From a virus (taxonomy: Duplodnaviria; Caudoviricetes): a stretch of DNA of 28,963 nt. The notes under the pieces were generated by a model, which was not told where the DNA came from, ran no database searches, and saw nothing but the letters and a program-made list of their open reading frames with translations. Positions 10,891-21,541 of the stretch are shown piece after piece. Position numbers and translations under genes: made by a program. Position 1 is the first letter of the stretch. Every line of letters begins with the position of its first letter. The stretch is taken from the IMG/VR virus record IMGVR_UViG_3300032319_000506, positions 1 through 28,963 of that record; one strand, 5' to 3'.

Positions 10891-12447
10891 ATGCCTGCAA
10901 TTATATCAGATCAATTTAGAATAATGAATGCCGAGACTTTCATAAAAAGTCTTGTTGGTGTTGGAAATACAGTAAATACATATTATACTTTTATAGGTCA
11001 ACCAAATGCTTTGAATTCTCAAGCAAATGGTTCGACATCTTGGGGTGAAGGATTGCCTCCATTGGATGGATTTAAGGAAGAAAGTGAAATAAAAGAAACT
11101 ATCATTTCTATGAAAAAAGTCACCACAAGTGACGTGAGAAGAATGGTAAGAAAAAAAAGTTGGGAAAGTGGTTCTACTTATGAAATGTATAGACATGATT
11201 ATACAATTTTCAATTTATCACCAATTACAAATTCTTCATCATTGTATGATGCTAATTATTATGTAATCAATGATGATTTAAGAGTTTACATTTGTTTGCA
11301 GAATGGAACAGATCCAGAAAATTCAAAAGGAAGACCATCAGCAGATAAACCAGAATTTGTAGATTTAGAACCTAGACCTGCTGGAACAAGTGGAGATGGT
11401 TATATTTGGAAATATCTTTATACTATCAAACCATCAGAAATCGTAAAATTTGATTCTATTGAATTTATTCCTGTTCCAGAAAATTGGGGAACTATTGGAG
11501 AAAGTATTTCAACTAAAAATAATGCTATTGATGGTAAAGTTCAAATTTTAACCACAAAAAATAGAGGTTTTGGTTATGCTCCAATTTCAGAAACATTTGT
11601 AAATATCCCAATTCTTGGTGATGGTACTGGAGGAAAAGCAACAATTGTAGTTGATTCTTTTGGAAAAGTTTCTGATGCTTATGTTACTGATGGTGGAACT
11701 GGTTATACTAAAGGAATTATCCAATTCGAACCAGGAGCACCAGGAATTCCCAATAAATTAACAAACACTGGAACAATTGCTAGTTTTGATGTAATCATTC
11801 CACCAAAAGGAGGTCATGGTTATGATATTTACAGAGAACTTGGTGCTTATAGAGTTTTAGTTTATTCTCGTTATAATACAGATGAGACAAATCCTGATAC
11901 TATTATAGGTAATGATTTTGCTAGAATTGGAATTATCAAAAACCCAACAAAAACAACAAGTGATGTTGAAGCATTAGACATAGCAGAAGTAAGTGCTCTA
12001 AAAGCATTAAGATTAACTGGGGCTGCTGCTACATTGACTACTTATGCAGTTGATTCAACAATTACTCAGACAATTAATAGTGAAAATGTTGCAATTGGAT
12101 TTGTTGCTTCTTGGAATAATGTAACAGGTGTTTTAAAGTATTACCAACCAGTTGGACTAGCAACTGTTGGTGTTGGATATAAAATTAATGATTTCAGTTC
12201 TACTTCATCATCTTTAGTTATAAATGGTTCTACTTCTGGTACACCATTAAGTATTGATACTTCATTTACTGGTATTAGTACGGTAATAAATAATAAGACA
12301 TATCAACTGGGAAGCAACTTTGTTGCTGGTATTGCGTCTGCAGAATACAATAAAAAGTCTGGTGAAATCATTTATATTGATAACAGACCACCAATACCAA
12401 GATCAGCAAGTCAAAAAGAAGATATTAAAATCGTTTTGGAGTTCTAA
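10891..12447 (+). CDS. gp8: Baseplate wedge subunit gp8
   Basis: 518 aa with N-terminal MPAIISDQFRI, W..G..YEMYRHDY, RVYICLQNG, DGYIWKYLYTI and C-terminal SGEIIYIDNRPPI.R...QKEDIKIVLEF, all typical of T4-like gp8. Synteny agrees. Confidence 0.92.
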   Translation: MPAIISDQFRIMNAETFIKSLVGVGNTVNTYYTFIGQPNALNSQANGSTSWGEGLPPLDGFKEESEIKETIISMKKVTTSDVRRMVRKKSWESGSTYEMYRHDYTIFNLSPITNSSSLYDANYYVINDDLRVYICLQNGTDPENSKGRPSADKPEFVDLEPRPAGTSGDGYIWKYLYTIKPSEIVKFDSIEFIPVPENWGTIGESISTKNNAIDGKVQILTTKNRGFGYAPISETFVNIPILGDGTGGKATIVVDSFGKVSDAYVTDGGTGYTKGIIQFEPGAPGIPNKLTNTGTIASFDVIIPPKGGHGYDIYRELGAYRVLVYSRYNTDETNPDTIIGNDFARIGIIKNPTKTTSDVEALDIAEVSALKALRLTGAAATLTTYAVDSTITQTINSENVAIGFVASWNNVTGVLKYYQPVGLATVGVGYKINDFSSTSSSLVINGSTSGTPLSIDTSFTGISTVINNKTYQLGSNFVAGIASAEYNKKSGEIIYIDNRPPIPRSASQKEDIKIVLEF

Positions 12448-12453
12448 AGAAAA

Positions 12454-15400
12454 ATGCCTCAAAATACCAACTTAAATGTATCTCCATATTTTGATGACTT
12501 TGATCCAAAAAAAGGTTATCAAAGAGTTTTATTCAAACCAGGCATTCCAATTCAAGCAAGAGAATTAACATCACTTCAATCGATTTTACAAGATCAAGTT
12601 GAAAAGTTTGGTAGGAACTTATTCAAAGAAGGTTCTATGGTCATTCCGGGTCAAATTGGATTTGACTCGGAGTATAGTTATGTTCAAATTGATGATTCTA
12701 ATTTGGGGATTCCAGTATCGGCATATATTGATAAATTTGTAGGAAAAAATATAAAAGGTGAAACAAGTGGTGTTACTGCGATAGTAGAAAATTACATTAC
12801 AAACACAGAATCAGAAAAAAATAATTATACATTATATGTAAAATATAAGAGTTCCAGCGATACAAATTTTACAGATAAAACTTTTGTTGACGGTGAAAAT
12901 TTAATTTCATTAGAAAATGTAGACTACACATTATCTTCGATTAGAGAAAATACATCCTTTGCAACTTCGATTATTTCTGGATCTATTGGTAAAGGATCTG
13001 CTGTAAAAATTGAAGAAGGTGTATATTTTATTCGTGGTTTCTTTATTACAGTTCCAAAACAAGTAGTAATTTTAGATCAATATACAAATACTCCAACTTA
13101 TCGTGTTGGTCTTTTAATCGATGAAGAAATTACAGTAGCATCAAATAATTATAAAGATTTGTTTGATAATGCACAAGGATTTTCAAACTTTGCTGCTCCA
13201 GGTGCTGATAGATTAAAAATATCTACAACTTTAATCAAAAAAGAAATTGATGATTTTAACGATCAGGATTTTGTTGAATTGTTGCGAGTTGAAAATGGTG
13301 GGTTAATAAAATTTTCAGACAAAACTGAATTTAATTTAATCAGAGATGAATTAGCAAGAAGAACTTATGATGAATCTGGTGATTATTACGTAAGACCTTT
13401 TGGTGTTAATGTAAAGGAATCTTTAAATGATAGAATTGGAAATAATGGAATTTATTATTCAAGTCAAAAAACTAAGCAAGGAAATATTCCATCAAAAGAT
13501 CTTGCTTGTATTTCAATAAGTCCAGGAAAAGCTTATGTTCGTGGATTTGAGATTGAAACAATTAGTAATACTATTGTAGACATAGAAAAACCAAGAACAA
13601 CAGAAAGAGCAGAAAATGCATCAATTCCATTTAATGTAGGAAGACAAATTACATTAAATAATGTTTATGGTTCTGTTAGTGTTGGTTTAACAACTCAGGT
13701 AAGTCTTTATGATACTAGAACAGTAACACCAGGATCTTTATCTGGAACAAAAATTGGAGTTGCTAGACTTTATGACTTAAAATTAAAAAATGCAGAATAT
13801 TTAGATGCTTCAACTAAATTTGAAAGTTCTCTTTATGATATTCAAACTTATACAATATTAACAATTAATACATCTTTAACACAAACTTCACCAGCATATA
13901 TTCAAGGAAAAAATAGTGGTGCTAGAGGATATTTGGTTAGTAATGCATCATCATCTACTACTTTAACCTTATATCAAGTTTCTGGGTCATTCATATCAAA
14001 CGAACAAATCAAAATCAATGGTTTAGATATTTCTCGTACAATCACATCGGTAAAAGATTATTCTTTATCTGATGTTCATCAAATATATTCTCCTGGATTT
14101 ACTGCCGATCCAGTTTTATCAAGAACTCTATCTGTTGCAGAACCAGGAACTCAATTTACTATTACAGTTAATGGTGGTGGAATTTCCACTGTAACAACTT
14201 CAAATCAAAACTTTTATACTGGAATTAATGTGGGTGATATTGTATCATACACAAAGCAAGGAGAACGTGTACCTACTTATAATAGAGTTTCTTCTGTCAG
14301 TTCGTCTTTAAGGTCTTTAAATATTGTAGCAACTACCTCTGTTTCTGGTATTTGCTCTGGTAATCTTCCAAGTTCAACAATTGCTGTAAATGATTTTAAA
14401 GTAGTATCTATAGATGTTTTAAATACACAAAATGCATTTTTATATGCACGTTTAAATAACTCAAAAGTTTCAAAATTAGATCTAAATGGTTCTGATGTTA
14501 TATTCAGAAAATCTTATACTATTACTGCTGGGGAGTTTAGTGATGGTGCTTGGAGTCAAACATTAGAAACAGATACATCATTAACATTTGAACCATTTGA
14601 TGAGGAAGATTATAATTTAACTTTTGCTGATGGAACTATAGCAGTATTAGATTCACAAAAATTAGTTCCGAGTGGAAGAACCATCACAATTCAAAATATT
14701 ACGTCAAACTCAGGTGCAGCAACATTGACTGCTACTCTCAAAAAAATAAATACAAAAACTCGTAAAAAAATATACAATAGATGCTCTAGTTTAACTGTAA
14801 ACAAAACTTCTTCTGGTATTTCTACAAATACAAATGGTTTGACTGTTAGTAATATCTACGGTTTAAGAGTTGAAGATGAAGAAATTTCATTGAATGTTCC
14901 AGATGTAGAATCAGTTATTGGAATTTTCGAATCACCTTCTTCTTCAACTCCAACATTACCTTCAATTACAATAACTGGATTAAATTCAAATATTTTAAAT
15001 TCAATTAAAGGAGAGAGGATAGTTGGCAAAGATACTGGAGCAGTTGCAACTTTAGTATCAAATGATGGAACAAGCACAGTAAACTTTGTTTATTTAAATG
15101 AAAATATTTTTTCTGTTGGTGAAACTGTTACTTTTGAAGAATCTCAAATTTCTGGAATTGTAGACTCAATTCAAGTTGGGGATAAAAATATCAGAACCAA
15201 CTTTATTTTAGATGAAGGACAAAGATCAGAATATCTTGATTTTTCAAGAATTATTAGAAAAACACAAATTGCTGCACCAACAAAGCAAATTACAATTATT
15301 TACAATAATTATACAATAGATCCATCCGATACTGGTGATTTTGTTGGAGTAAATTCTTATGATGAAGATAGATATGGAGATGATATATCATCGGTTAATG

Positions 15401-18400
15401 GAATATCTCTAAGTGACGTTATTGATTTAAGACCAAGAGTTTCTACATATTCTGGTACAAAATCACCATTTGAGTATGAATCGAGATTATTTACTGGAGA
15501 AAATTCATCTAGAAATATTTTTGCAATACAAAAATCATTAAATTTATCCTATGATTATTATCTACCAAGAATTGATAGGTTATTTTTAACAAAGGAAGGA
15601 TCATTTATTGTAAACAAAGGTGTTCCATCACTTCAACCAAAACTTCCAAATAGATTAGATTCTTGTTTAGAAATAGCAACAATCATTTTACCTGCGTATT
15701 TAAATAGGCCGGAAGATGCGACAACAACTTTATTTCAAAATAAAAGATATACTATGAAGGATATCTCCAGATTGGAAGATAGACTTTCAAATGTTGAGTA
15801 TTACACATCATTATCTTTATTGGAAACAGATACACAGAATTTAACAATAAGAGATACCACAACAAAATTAGATAGATTTAAATGTGGTTTTTTTGTAGAT
15901 AATTTCAAATCATATAATGGTGGAGACATAACAAATCGTGATTATAAATCAAGTATTGATGTTATAAATGGGTTATTAAGACCAACACCTTATACAACTT
16001 CTATAGATTTACTTTTGGGATCTGAGGCAGTTATTGGAATTGGCACAACATCAAACCCAAATGCTGATTTACGTTTTGTTAGTGATTTGGGTTCTCCAAA
16101 TATAAAAAGAGTTGGAAATATTGTATGCTTAAATTATTCTGAGGTTGAATATACAAAAAATCAATTTGCTACAAGAAGTGAAAATGTAAATCCATTTAAT
16201 GTGATTAATTGGATTGGATCAATTGAATTAAATCCATCAAGTGATACTTGGATTGATACTAGAAGATCTGAAAGAACTTATGATATTGAAGGTAGTTATA
16301 GAGCATCATTAGGACTTGCTAATGCTGATAGTAACACTGGTCTTTCCCCAATTGATTGGGGTGCTTGGGAAACCAATTGGACTGGTACAAGTGTTTCTAG
16401 TTCATCTTCTGGTCCAGTATTTACAGGAAGTTCTACTGAATTTAATACTTTTGATCCTGGTGGTGGAAGAAGAGAGGTAACAGATTTTGCAACAACAACA
16501 AATAACTTTAGCACCACAACCAACACTACAGTAACTACAACAACAAATCAATCTAGACGAGGAATTCAAATTGGTGTTACTGAAAGATTTGATTCTACAA
16601 ATCTTGGAGATAAAGTTATTTCTAGAGAAATTATAACAACGATGAGATCTAGAAATATTGAAATTATTTCTAGAAGATTAAAACCATCATCAAGAGTTTA
16701 TGCATTTTTTGATAATGTTGATATGACTTCATATGTTGTACCAAAATTAATTGAAGTCACAATGTCTAGTGGAACTTTTTCTGATAGCGAAACAGTAGTT
16801 GGAACTTTAGGATCAAAAACTATTAGATTTAGACTTGCAAAACAAAATCATAAATATGGTCCATATAATTCACCAACAGAAACATTTGAAAAAAATCCAT
16901 ATTTACCAGAAAATTCTTTATCTAATTCTTATTCATCAACAACTACAATATTAAATGTAGATACCGCAAGTTTAGAATTACAAGTATCATCTGGTTTTTA
17001 TGGTAGTATTACAAAAAATATGCAATTGGTTGGGCAAACCAGTAGAGCAATTGCAACTATATCGGATATTAAATTAATTGCAGATGAAACTGGAGTTTTT
17101 ATTGGTTCGTTGTTTATTCCTGACCCAACAATTCCATCAACTCCATCTTTTAGAACTGGAACAAAAACTTTTGTTTTAACATCAAGTCAAACAAATTCTA
17201 CAGTAGTCACTTCAGATGAAACTTCAGCAGAAGTCAATTTTACTTCTGCTGGAACTTTAGATAATGTTGAAAATTCCACACTTAGAATTAGAAATGCAAA
17301 TGTAGAAAGAATTCCACAAATAGATTCTAGATCACTTGTTAGTTCTAGTACAGCATCATCCACTTCAAATACTTCAACAACTGCAACATCATCATCAACT
17401 AGATGGGTTGATCCTTTAGCACAATCATTTGAAGTTGCTGATAATAATGGAATTTATATTACAAAATGTGATATTTTCTTTAAAACAAAAGATACAAGAG
17501 GAATTCCAGTAACACTTCAAATCAGAACGATGCAAACTGGTTTTCCAACTCAAACATTTTTACCATTCTCAGAAGTAACATTATATCCAAAAGATATTAA
17601 CACATCAGAAGATGGTACTGTTGCAACTACATTTACTTTCCCATCTCCAGTTTATTTGGAAAAAACTGGTTCTGGATATTCAATTGTATTACTTTCTTCT
17701 TCTGATTCCTATAATGTATGGATTTCGAGAATGGGAGAAACTGATGTATCAACTATAGAAAAACCAGATTCTCAAAAAATTATTGTTTCTAAGCAACCAA
17801 GTCTTGGAGCATTATTTAAATCACAAAATGGAGCAACTTGGACTGCATCTGATTTGGAAGATTTGAAATTTACATTATACAGAGCAGATTTTGTAACTTC
17901 TCCAGCATCATTTAGATTTTATAATCCAGATTTAGATGTTGGTAATAATCAAATTGTAACATTGAGAAAAAATCCATTAAATGCTTATTCAAATTCAGCA
18001 TTAATTGGTTTAGGTAAGAGTTTATCTGTTTCCGAACAAGCATCATTGGTTGTTGGAAATACAATCAGTCAAACATCTAATACTAATTTCACTTCTAATC
18101 TTAAATCTCTTGTTGGTGCAGTTGGAATTGGTTCAACCTTAACATTATCAAATGTTGGTTCTGGTTTTACAAGTGGAGCAAAAGTATATTCAAATATAAG
18201 TTTGATATCATTATCAGGATTCGGTCAAAACGCAAAGGTAAATCTTTCAGTATCTTCTGGTGTAGCAGTTGCTGCAACTATTACTGATGGTGGTTCTGGA
18301 TATACTGCTGGAGATACATTAACAGTAAGTTCTACTGATACAAACAATCTTGGAAAAAATCTCATATTAACTATTCCAAATAATGTTGGAATTATTTCTG

Positions 18401-19902
18401 CAGTTAATTCTATTGTTGTTGATAATATTCAAGGAAAAGTAACTTCAATAGGAACATCAACTATCACAAATAATGGATCTTCCATATCAGGAGCAGTAGT
18501 AACTAGTTCAACTATTATTTCTGATGGATTGCACCTCAAAGTCAATCACCAAAATCATGGTATGTATTCTCCAGTCAACCAAGTAACTTTAAGTGGAATT
18601 GAATCTGATATTGCTCCTTTTAAATTGGTTTCTGACTATTCGTCTACTTCTACTAGTGATATTACATTAGATTCAATTGGTAATTTAGCAACATTTGAAA
18701 ACATTGCTGTTGGTTTAAATAATCCAGGTTATATTATTATAGATAATGAAATTATCAGATATACAGGAACTAATGGAAATACTTTAACTGGTATAAGTGG
18801 TGGAAGAGGAATTGACAATACAGTATCAACATTACATTTAGCAAATTCATCTGTGTTTAAATATGAATTTGATGGAGTTTCACTTAGAAGAATAAACAAA
18901 ACTCACAAATTTGCAGATGTTGATTTAGTCAACTATCCAATTGAACTTGATTCTTATCATATAAAGATAGATCAAACAAAATCAGGATCAGATAGAAGCA
19001 CTGGAAATTCCAATTCATATCCAGAATTATTCTTCAAACAATCTAAATCTGGTGGAACATATTCCACAACACCAACTGTTGGATCATTTAATGGACCAAA
19101 ATCAACACAAAACATAACATTCAATATAATTAGACCTAATATACAAACACTATTACCAGAAACAACATCAGTTGAAGCAAAAATTAGAACAACAACTGGA
19201 ACAAGTGTAAATGGAAATGAAATTTCATTTGTAGATAGAGGATTTGAAGATATCTCTTTAAACTCCAATAATGAACTAAGTGAAACTAGTGCAATTTATT
19301 CCAAAGTAAATGAACTTTCAAATTTAAATACTTTACCAGGAAATAGATCATTTACATTAGAACTTTTATTATCAACTGGTGATAGTAAAGTATCTCCAAT
19401 GATTGATTTAGACAGAGTAAATATCATCACAACAATGAATAGGATCAATAGTCCTATTTCTGATTTTGCTTTAGATCCAAGAGTCAACCAATTAAGTGGT
19501 GATCCAAATTCGGCAATTTATGTTTCTAAAATTGTAAAACTACAAAAATCAGCAGATGGTTTAAAGGTTCTATTTGATGCGTATAGACATTCAACAAATG
19601 ATATTAGAGTTATGTATAGATTGTTAAGAAATGATACTCCTGATTCACAACAATTATATGAATTATTCCCAGGATATGATAATCTTGATGAAAATGGAAA
19701 TGTAATCAATTCTTCAAAAAATAATGGCAAATCAGATAGATTAGTCCAAGCATCCAATACTTTAAATAATTTTGGTAATTATGAATTTACTGGTAAAAAC
19801 ATAACCGCATTTAATGGGTTCCAAATTAAAATTATTATGACTGGAACAAATCAATCATGTGTTCCACTTATTAGAGATCTTAGGGTAATTGCAACAATAT
19901 GA
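12454..19902 (+). CDS. Large virion structural protein, VrlC-like / DUF4815 family
   Basis: 2482 aa with N-terminal NLNVSPYFDDFD...RVLFKPG.PIQARELT.LQSILQ, APGADRLKI, LARRTYDESGDY, RFKCGFFVDNF, DPLAQSF and C-terminal P.IRDLRVIA. It follows gp8, as in T4-like cyanophages. Confidence 0.8.
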   Translation: MPQNTNLNVSPYFDDFDPKKGYQRVLFKPGIPIQARELTSLQSILQDQVEKFGRNLFKEGSMVIPGQIGFDSEYSYVQIDDSNLGIPVSAYIDKFVGKNIKGETSGVTAIVENYITNTESEKNNYTLYVKYKSSSDTNFTDKTFVDGENLISLENVDYTLSSIRENTSFATSIISGSIGKGSAVKIEEGVYFIRGFFITVPKQVVILDQYTNTPTYRVGLLIDEEITVASNNYKDLFDNAQGFSNFAAPGADRLKISTTLIKKEIDDFNDQDFVELLRVENGGLIKFSDKTEFNLIRDELARRTYDESGDYYVRPFGVNVKESLNDRIGNNGIYYSSQKTKQGNIPSKDLACISISPGKAYVRGFEIETISNTIVDIEKPRTTERAENASIPFNVGRQITLNNVYGSVSVGLTTQVSLYDTRTVTPGSLSGTKIGVARLYDLKLKNAEYLDASTKFESSLYDIQTYTILTINTSLTQTSPAYIQGKNSGARGYLVSNASSSTTLTLYQVSGSFISNEQIKINGLDISRTITSVKDYSLSDVHQIYSPGFTADPVLSRTLSVAEPGTQFTITVNGGGISTVTTSNQNFYTGINVGDIVSYTKQGERVPTYNRVSSVSSSLRSLNIVATTSVSGICSGNLPSSTIAVNDFKVVSIDVLNTQNAFLYARLNNSKVSKLDLNGSDVIFRKSYTITAGEFSDGAWSQTLETDTSLTFEPFDEEDYNLTFADGTIAVLDSQKLVPSGRTITIQNITSNSGAATLTATLKKINTKTRKKIYNRCSSLTVNKTSSGISTNTNGLTVSNIYGLRVEDEEISLNVPDVESVIGIFESPSSSTPTLPSITITGLNSNILNSIKGERIVGKDTGAVATLVSNDGTSTVNFVYLNENIFSVGETVTFEESQISGIVDSIQVGDKNIRTNFILDEGQRSEYLDFSRIIRKTQIAAPTKQITIIYNNYTIDPSDTGDFVGVNSYDEDRYGDDISSVNGISLSDVIDLRPRVSTYSGTKSPFEYESRLFTGENSSRNIFAIQKSLNLSYDYYLPRIDRLFLTKEGSFIVNKGVPSLQPKLPNRLDSCLEIATIILPAYLNRPEDATTTLFQNKRYTMKDISRLEDRLSNVEYYTSLSLLETDTQNLTIRDTTTKLDRFKCGFFVDNFKSYNGGDITNRDYKSSIDVINGLLRPTPYTTSIDLLLGSEAVIGIGTTSNPNADLRFVSDLGSPNIKRVGNIVCLNYSEVEYTKNQFATRSENVNPFNVINWIGSIELNPSSDTWIDTRRSERTYDIEGSYRASLGLANADSNTGLSPIDWGAWETNWTGTSVSSSSSGPVFTGSSTEFNTFDPGGGRREVTDFATTTNNFSTTTNTTVTTTTNQSRRGIQIGVTERFDSTNLGDKVISREIITTMRSRNIEIISRRLKPSSRVYAFFDNVDMTSYVVPKLIEVTMSSGTFSDSETVVGTLGSKTIRFRLAKQNHKYGPYNSPTETFEKNPYLPENSLSNSYSSTTTILNVDTASLELQVSSGFYGSITKNMQLVGQTSRAIATISDIKLIADETGVFIGSLFIPDPTIPSTPSFRTGTKTFVLTSSQTNSTVVTSDETSAEVNFTSAGTLDNVENSTLRIRNANVERIPQIDSRSLVSSSTASSTSNTSTTATSSSTRWVDPLAQSFEVADNNGIYITKCDIFFKTKDTRGIPVTLQIRTMQTGFPTQTFLPFSEVTLYPKDINTSEDGTVATTFTFPSPVYLEKTGSGYSIVLLSSSDSYNVWISRMGETDVSTIEKPDSQKIIVSKQPSLGALFKSQNGATWTASDLEDLKFTLYRADFVTSPASFRFYNPDLDVGNNQIVTLRKNPLNAYSNSALIGLGKSLSVSEQASLVVGNTISQTSNTNFTSNLKSLVGAVGIGSTLTLSNVGSGFTSGAKVYSNISLISLSGFGQNAKVNLSVSSGVAVAATITDGGSGYTAGDTLTVSSTDTNNLGKNLILTIPNNVGIISAVNSIVVDNIQGKVTSIGTSTITNNGSSISGAVVTSSTIISDGLHLKVNHQNHGMYSPVNQVTLSGIESDIAPFKLVSDYSSTSTSDITLDSIGNLATFENIAVGLNNPGYIIIDNEIIRYTGTNGNTLTGISGGRGIDNTVSTLHLANSSVFKYEFDGVSLRRINKTHKFADVDLVNYPIELDSYHIKIDQTKSGSDRSTGNSNSYPELFFKQSKSGGTYSTTPTVGSFNGPKSTQNITFNIIRPNIQTLLPETTSVEAKIRTTTGTSVNGNEISFVDRGFEDISLNSNNELSETSAIYSKVNELSNLNTLPGNRSFTLELLLSTGDSKVSPMIDLDRVNIITTMNRINSPISDFALDPRVNQLSGDPNSAIYVSKIVKLQKSADGLKVLFDAYRHSTNDIRVMYRLLRNDTPDSQQLYELFPGYDNLDENGNVINSSKNNGKSDRLVQASNTLNNFGNYEFTGKNITAFNGFQIKIIMTGTNQSCVPLIRDLRVIATI

Positions 19903-20099
19903 TACCAGTAGAAGGTCACAGAGGATTGTATCGTGATGAAAATTCAAATGCAATTGTAAATTGCAATGATTATGAATATCAAGAATATTTGAGAGCTAAA
20001 AATTCATCATTAGATGAAAAAAGTGAAATTCAAAATTTAAAGACTGAATTAACTGAGATAAAATCATTACTAACAAAACTATTAGAAAACAAATCCTAA
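19899..20099 (+). CDS. Small hypothetical protein with C-terminal coiled coil
   Basis: 66 aa; ATGA overlap with the upstream stop; pattern VEGH..LYRD..S.AIVN then heptad-like EIQNLKTELTEIKSLLTKLL. Confidence 0.75.
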   Translation: MIPVEGHRGLYRDENSNAIVNCNDYEYQEYLRAKNSSLDEKSEIQNLKTELTEIKSLLTKLLENKS

Positions 20100-20102
20100 A
20101 TA
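20096..20102 (+). promoter_or_regulatory. Late promoter variant CTAAATA
   Basis: The motif overlaps the TAA stop at 20097-20099 and lies 30 nt before the next ATG. Confidence 0.55.
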
Positions 20103-20132
20103 TATTAGGAAAGATTTTATCTAGTTATCATA

Positions 20133-20471
20133 ATGGCAATATATGTAGCTAATATAACAATTCCAGGAGGTGCTGATTTTCAGCAAACATTTTTTCTTGA
20201 ATCTGTAGCAAATACTCCATTGGATTTGACTGGATATACTGGATATGCAAAATTAAAAAAATCACCAGCATCTTTAAATACATCTGCTTCTTTTGTAGTT
20301 TCTTTCCCAAGTAGAACTGCTGGAAAAGTTAAAATTTCCTTAGGGTCAACTATTACATCAAAATTAAGACCAGGAAGATATTGTTATGATGTACTATTAG
20401 ATAGTGGAACATCAAAAACAAGAGTTGTTGAAGGAAATGCTTTAATTACTGCTGGAATTACCACTGCATAA
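20133..20471 (+). CDS. Small beta-sandwich virion structural protein (putative baseplate/fibre adaptor)
   Basis: 112 aa with pattern NITI..GADF...F, DLTGYT..A.LKK, L.PGRY.YDVLL, RVVEG, which recurs in small phage structural proteins. Confidence 0.65.
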   Translation: MAIYVANITIPGGADFQQTFFLESVANTPLDLTGYTGYAKLKKSPASLNTSASFVVSFPSRTAGKVKISLGSTITSKLRPGRYCYDVLLDSGTSKTRVVEGNALITAGITTA

Positions 20472-20476
20472 AAACT

Positions 20477-20698
20477 ATGTCAGACATTAGAGTAAGAACT
20501 AATTCAGACAATTTAATAAAAGTAAGACTTGGTGCTGATAATGCAAACAGAGTAATTTCTGCTGCGCCATCAACAAAACTTTCAAATTTAGATGATATTA
20601 ATACAGCAAACGGATTACCAAATAATTCAGTACTTATTTACAATTCATCAACAAACCAATGGAGTCCATATCCATACATTGATGGCGGTACATACTGA
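20477..20698 (+). CDS. Small putative structural protein ending in IDGGTY
   Basis: 73 aa with LSNLDDIN...NSVLIYNSSTNQW (fibre-type repeat unit) and a C-terminal DGGTY motif. Confidence 0.65.
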   Translation: MSDIRVRTNSDNLIKVRLGADNANRVISAAPSTKLSNLDDINTANGLPNNSVLIYNSSTNQWSPYPYIDGGTY

Positions 20699-20704
20699 TA
20701 AATA
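20698..20704 (+). promoter_or_regulatory. Late promoter ATAAATA upstream of gp13
   Basis: The motif overlaps the upstream TGA and lies 21 nt before the gp13 ATG. Confidence 0.65.
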
Positions 20705-20725
20705 ATTAGAGTTTTCAATTAAATA

Positions 20726-21541
20726 ATGTCTCAACCATCAAGTCGTCAGGGATTAATTGATTACTGTTTGCGAAAACTTGGATATCCTGTTCTGGAAATT
20801 AACGTAGATGACGACCAAATTGATGATTTGGTTGATGATGCTATTCAATATTTTAACGAAAGGCATTATGATGGTGCAGTAAGAGTATATTTGAAGCACA
20901 AACTTCTTCCAGATGAAAAAACTATAGTAAGAACAAATAACACAGAGTCAATTGGAAATTCTTCTGTTGGAATAACAACAGTCATTTATCAAGAAACAAA
21001 TAATTTCATTCAACTACCAGATACAATTATTGGAGTAAATAACGTATTCAAATCAGATGCAAGTACAATATCATCTGGTTTATTTAATCTTAAATATCAA
21101 ATATTTTTGAATGATTTATATTATTATGGTGCTCTTGATTTGTTAAATTATACAATGACAAAAACTTACTTGGAAGATATTAGTAGAATATTAACTCCAG
21201 ATGTTCAATTAAGATTCAACAAAAAACAACATAGACTATATTTGGATATAGATTGGGCAATGGTAAATGAAAATAGTTATATTATTGTTGATTGTATTAG
21301 AATTGTAGATCCATCAGATTTTTCTGCTGTATATAATGATTGGTGGTTGAAAAGATATTTGACTGCAATTATCAAGAGACAATGGGGACAAAACTTAATT
21401 AAATTTAATGGAGTTCAACTTCCTGGTGGAATTACAATGAATGGTGAAAGGATATTAAATGATGCGATTAGAGAAATTGAAGAACTTGAAAGAGAACTTA
21501 GAACAGATTACGAATTACCTCCAATGGATATGATAGGATAA
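20726..21541 (+). CDS. gp13: Neck protein gp13
   Basis: 271 aa with LIDYCLRKLGYPVLEINVDDDQIDDLVDDAIQYF.E.HYDG and KRQWGQNL.KF.GVQLPGGITMNG. Confidence 0.95.
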   Translation: MSQPSSRQGLIDYCLRKLGYPVLEINVDDDQIDDLVDDAIQYFNERHYDGAVRVYLKHKLLPDEKTIVRTNNTESIGNSSVGITTVIYQETNNFIQLPDTIIGVNNVFKSDASTISSGLFNLKYQIFLNDLYYYGALDLLNYTMTKTYLEDISRILTPDVQLRFNKKQHRLYLDIDWAMVNENSYIIVDCIRIVDPSDFSAVYNDWWLKRYLTAIIKRQWGQNLIKFNGVQLPGGITMNGERILNDAIREIEELERELRTDYELPPMDMIG

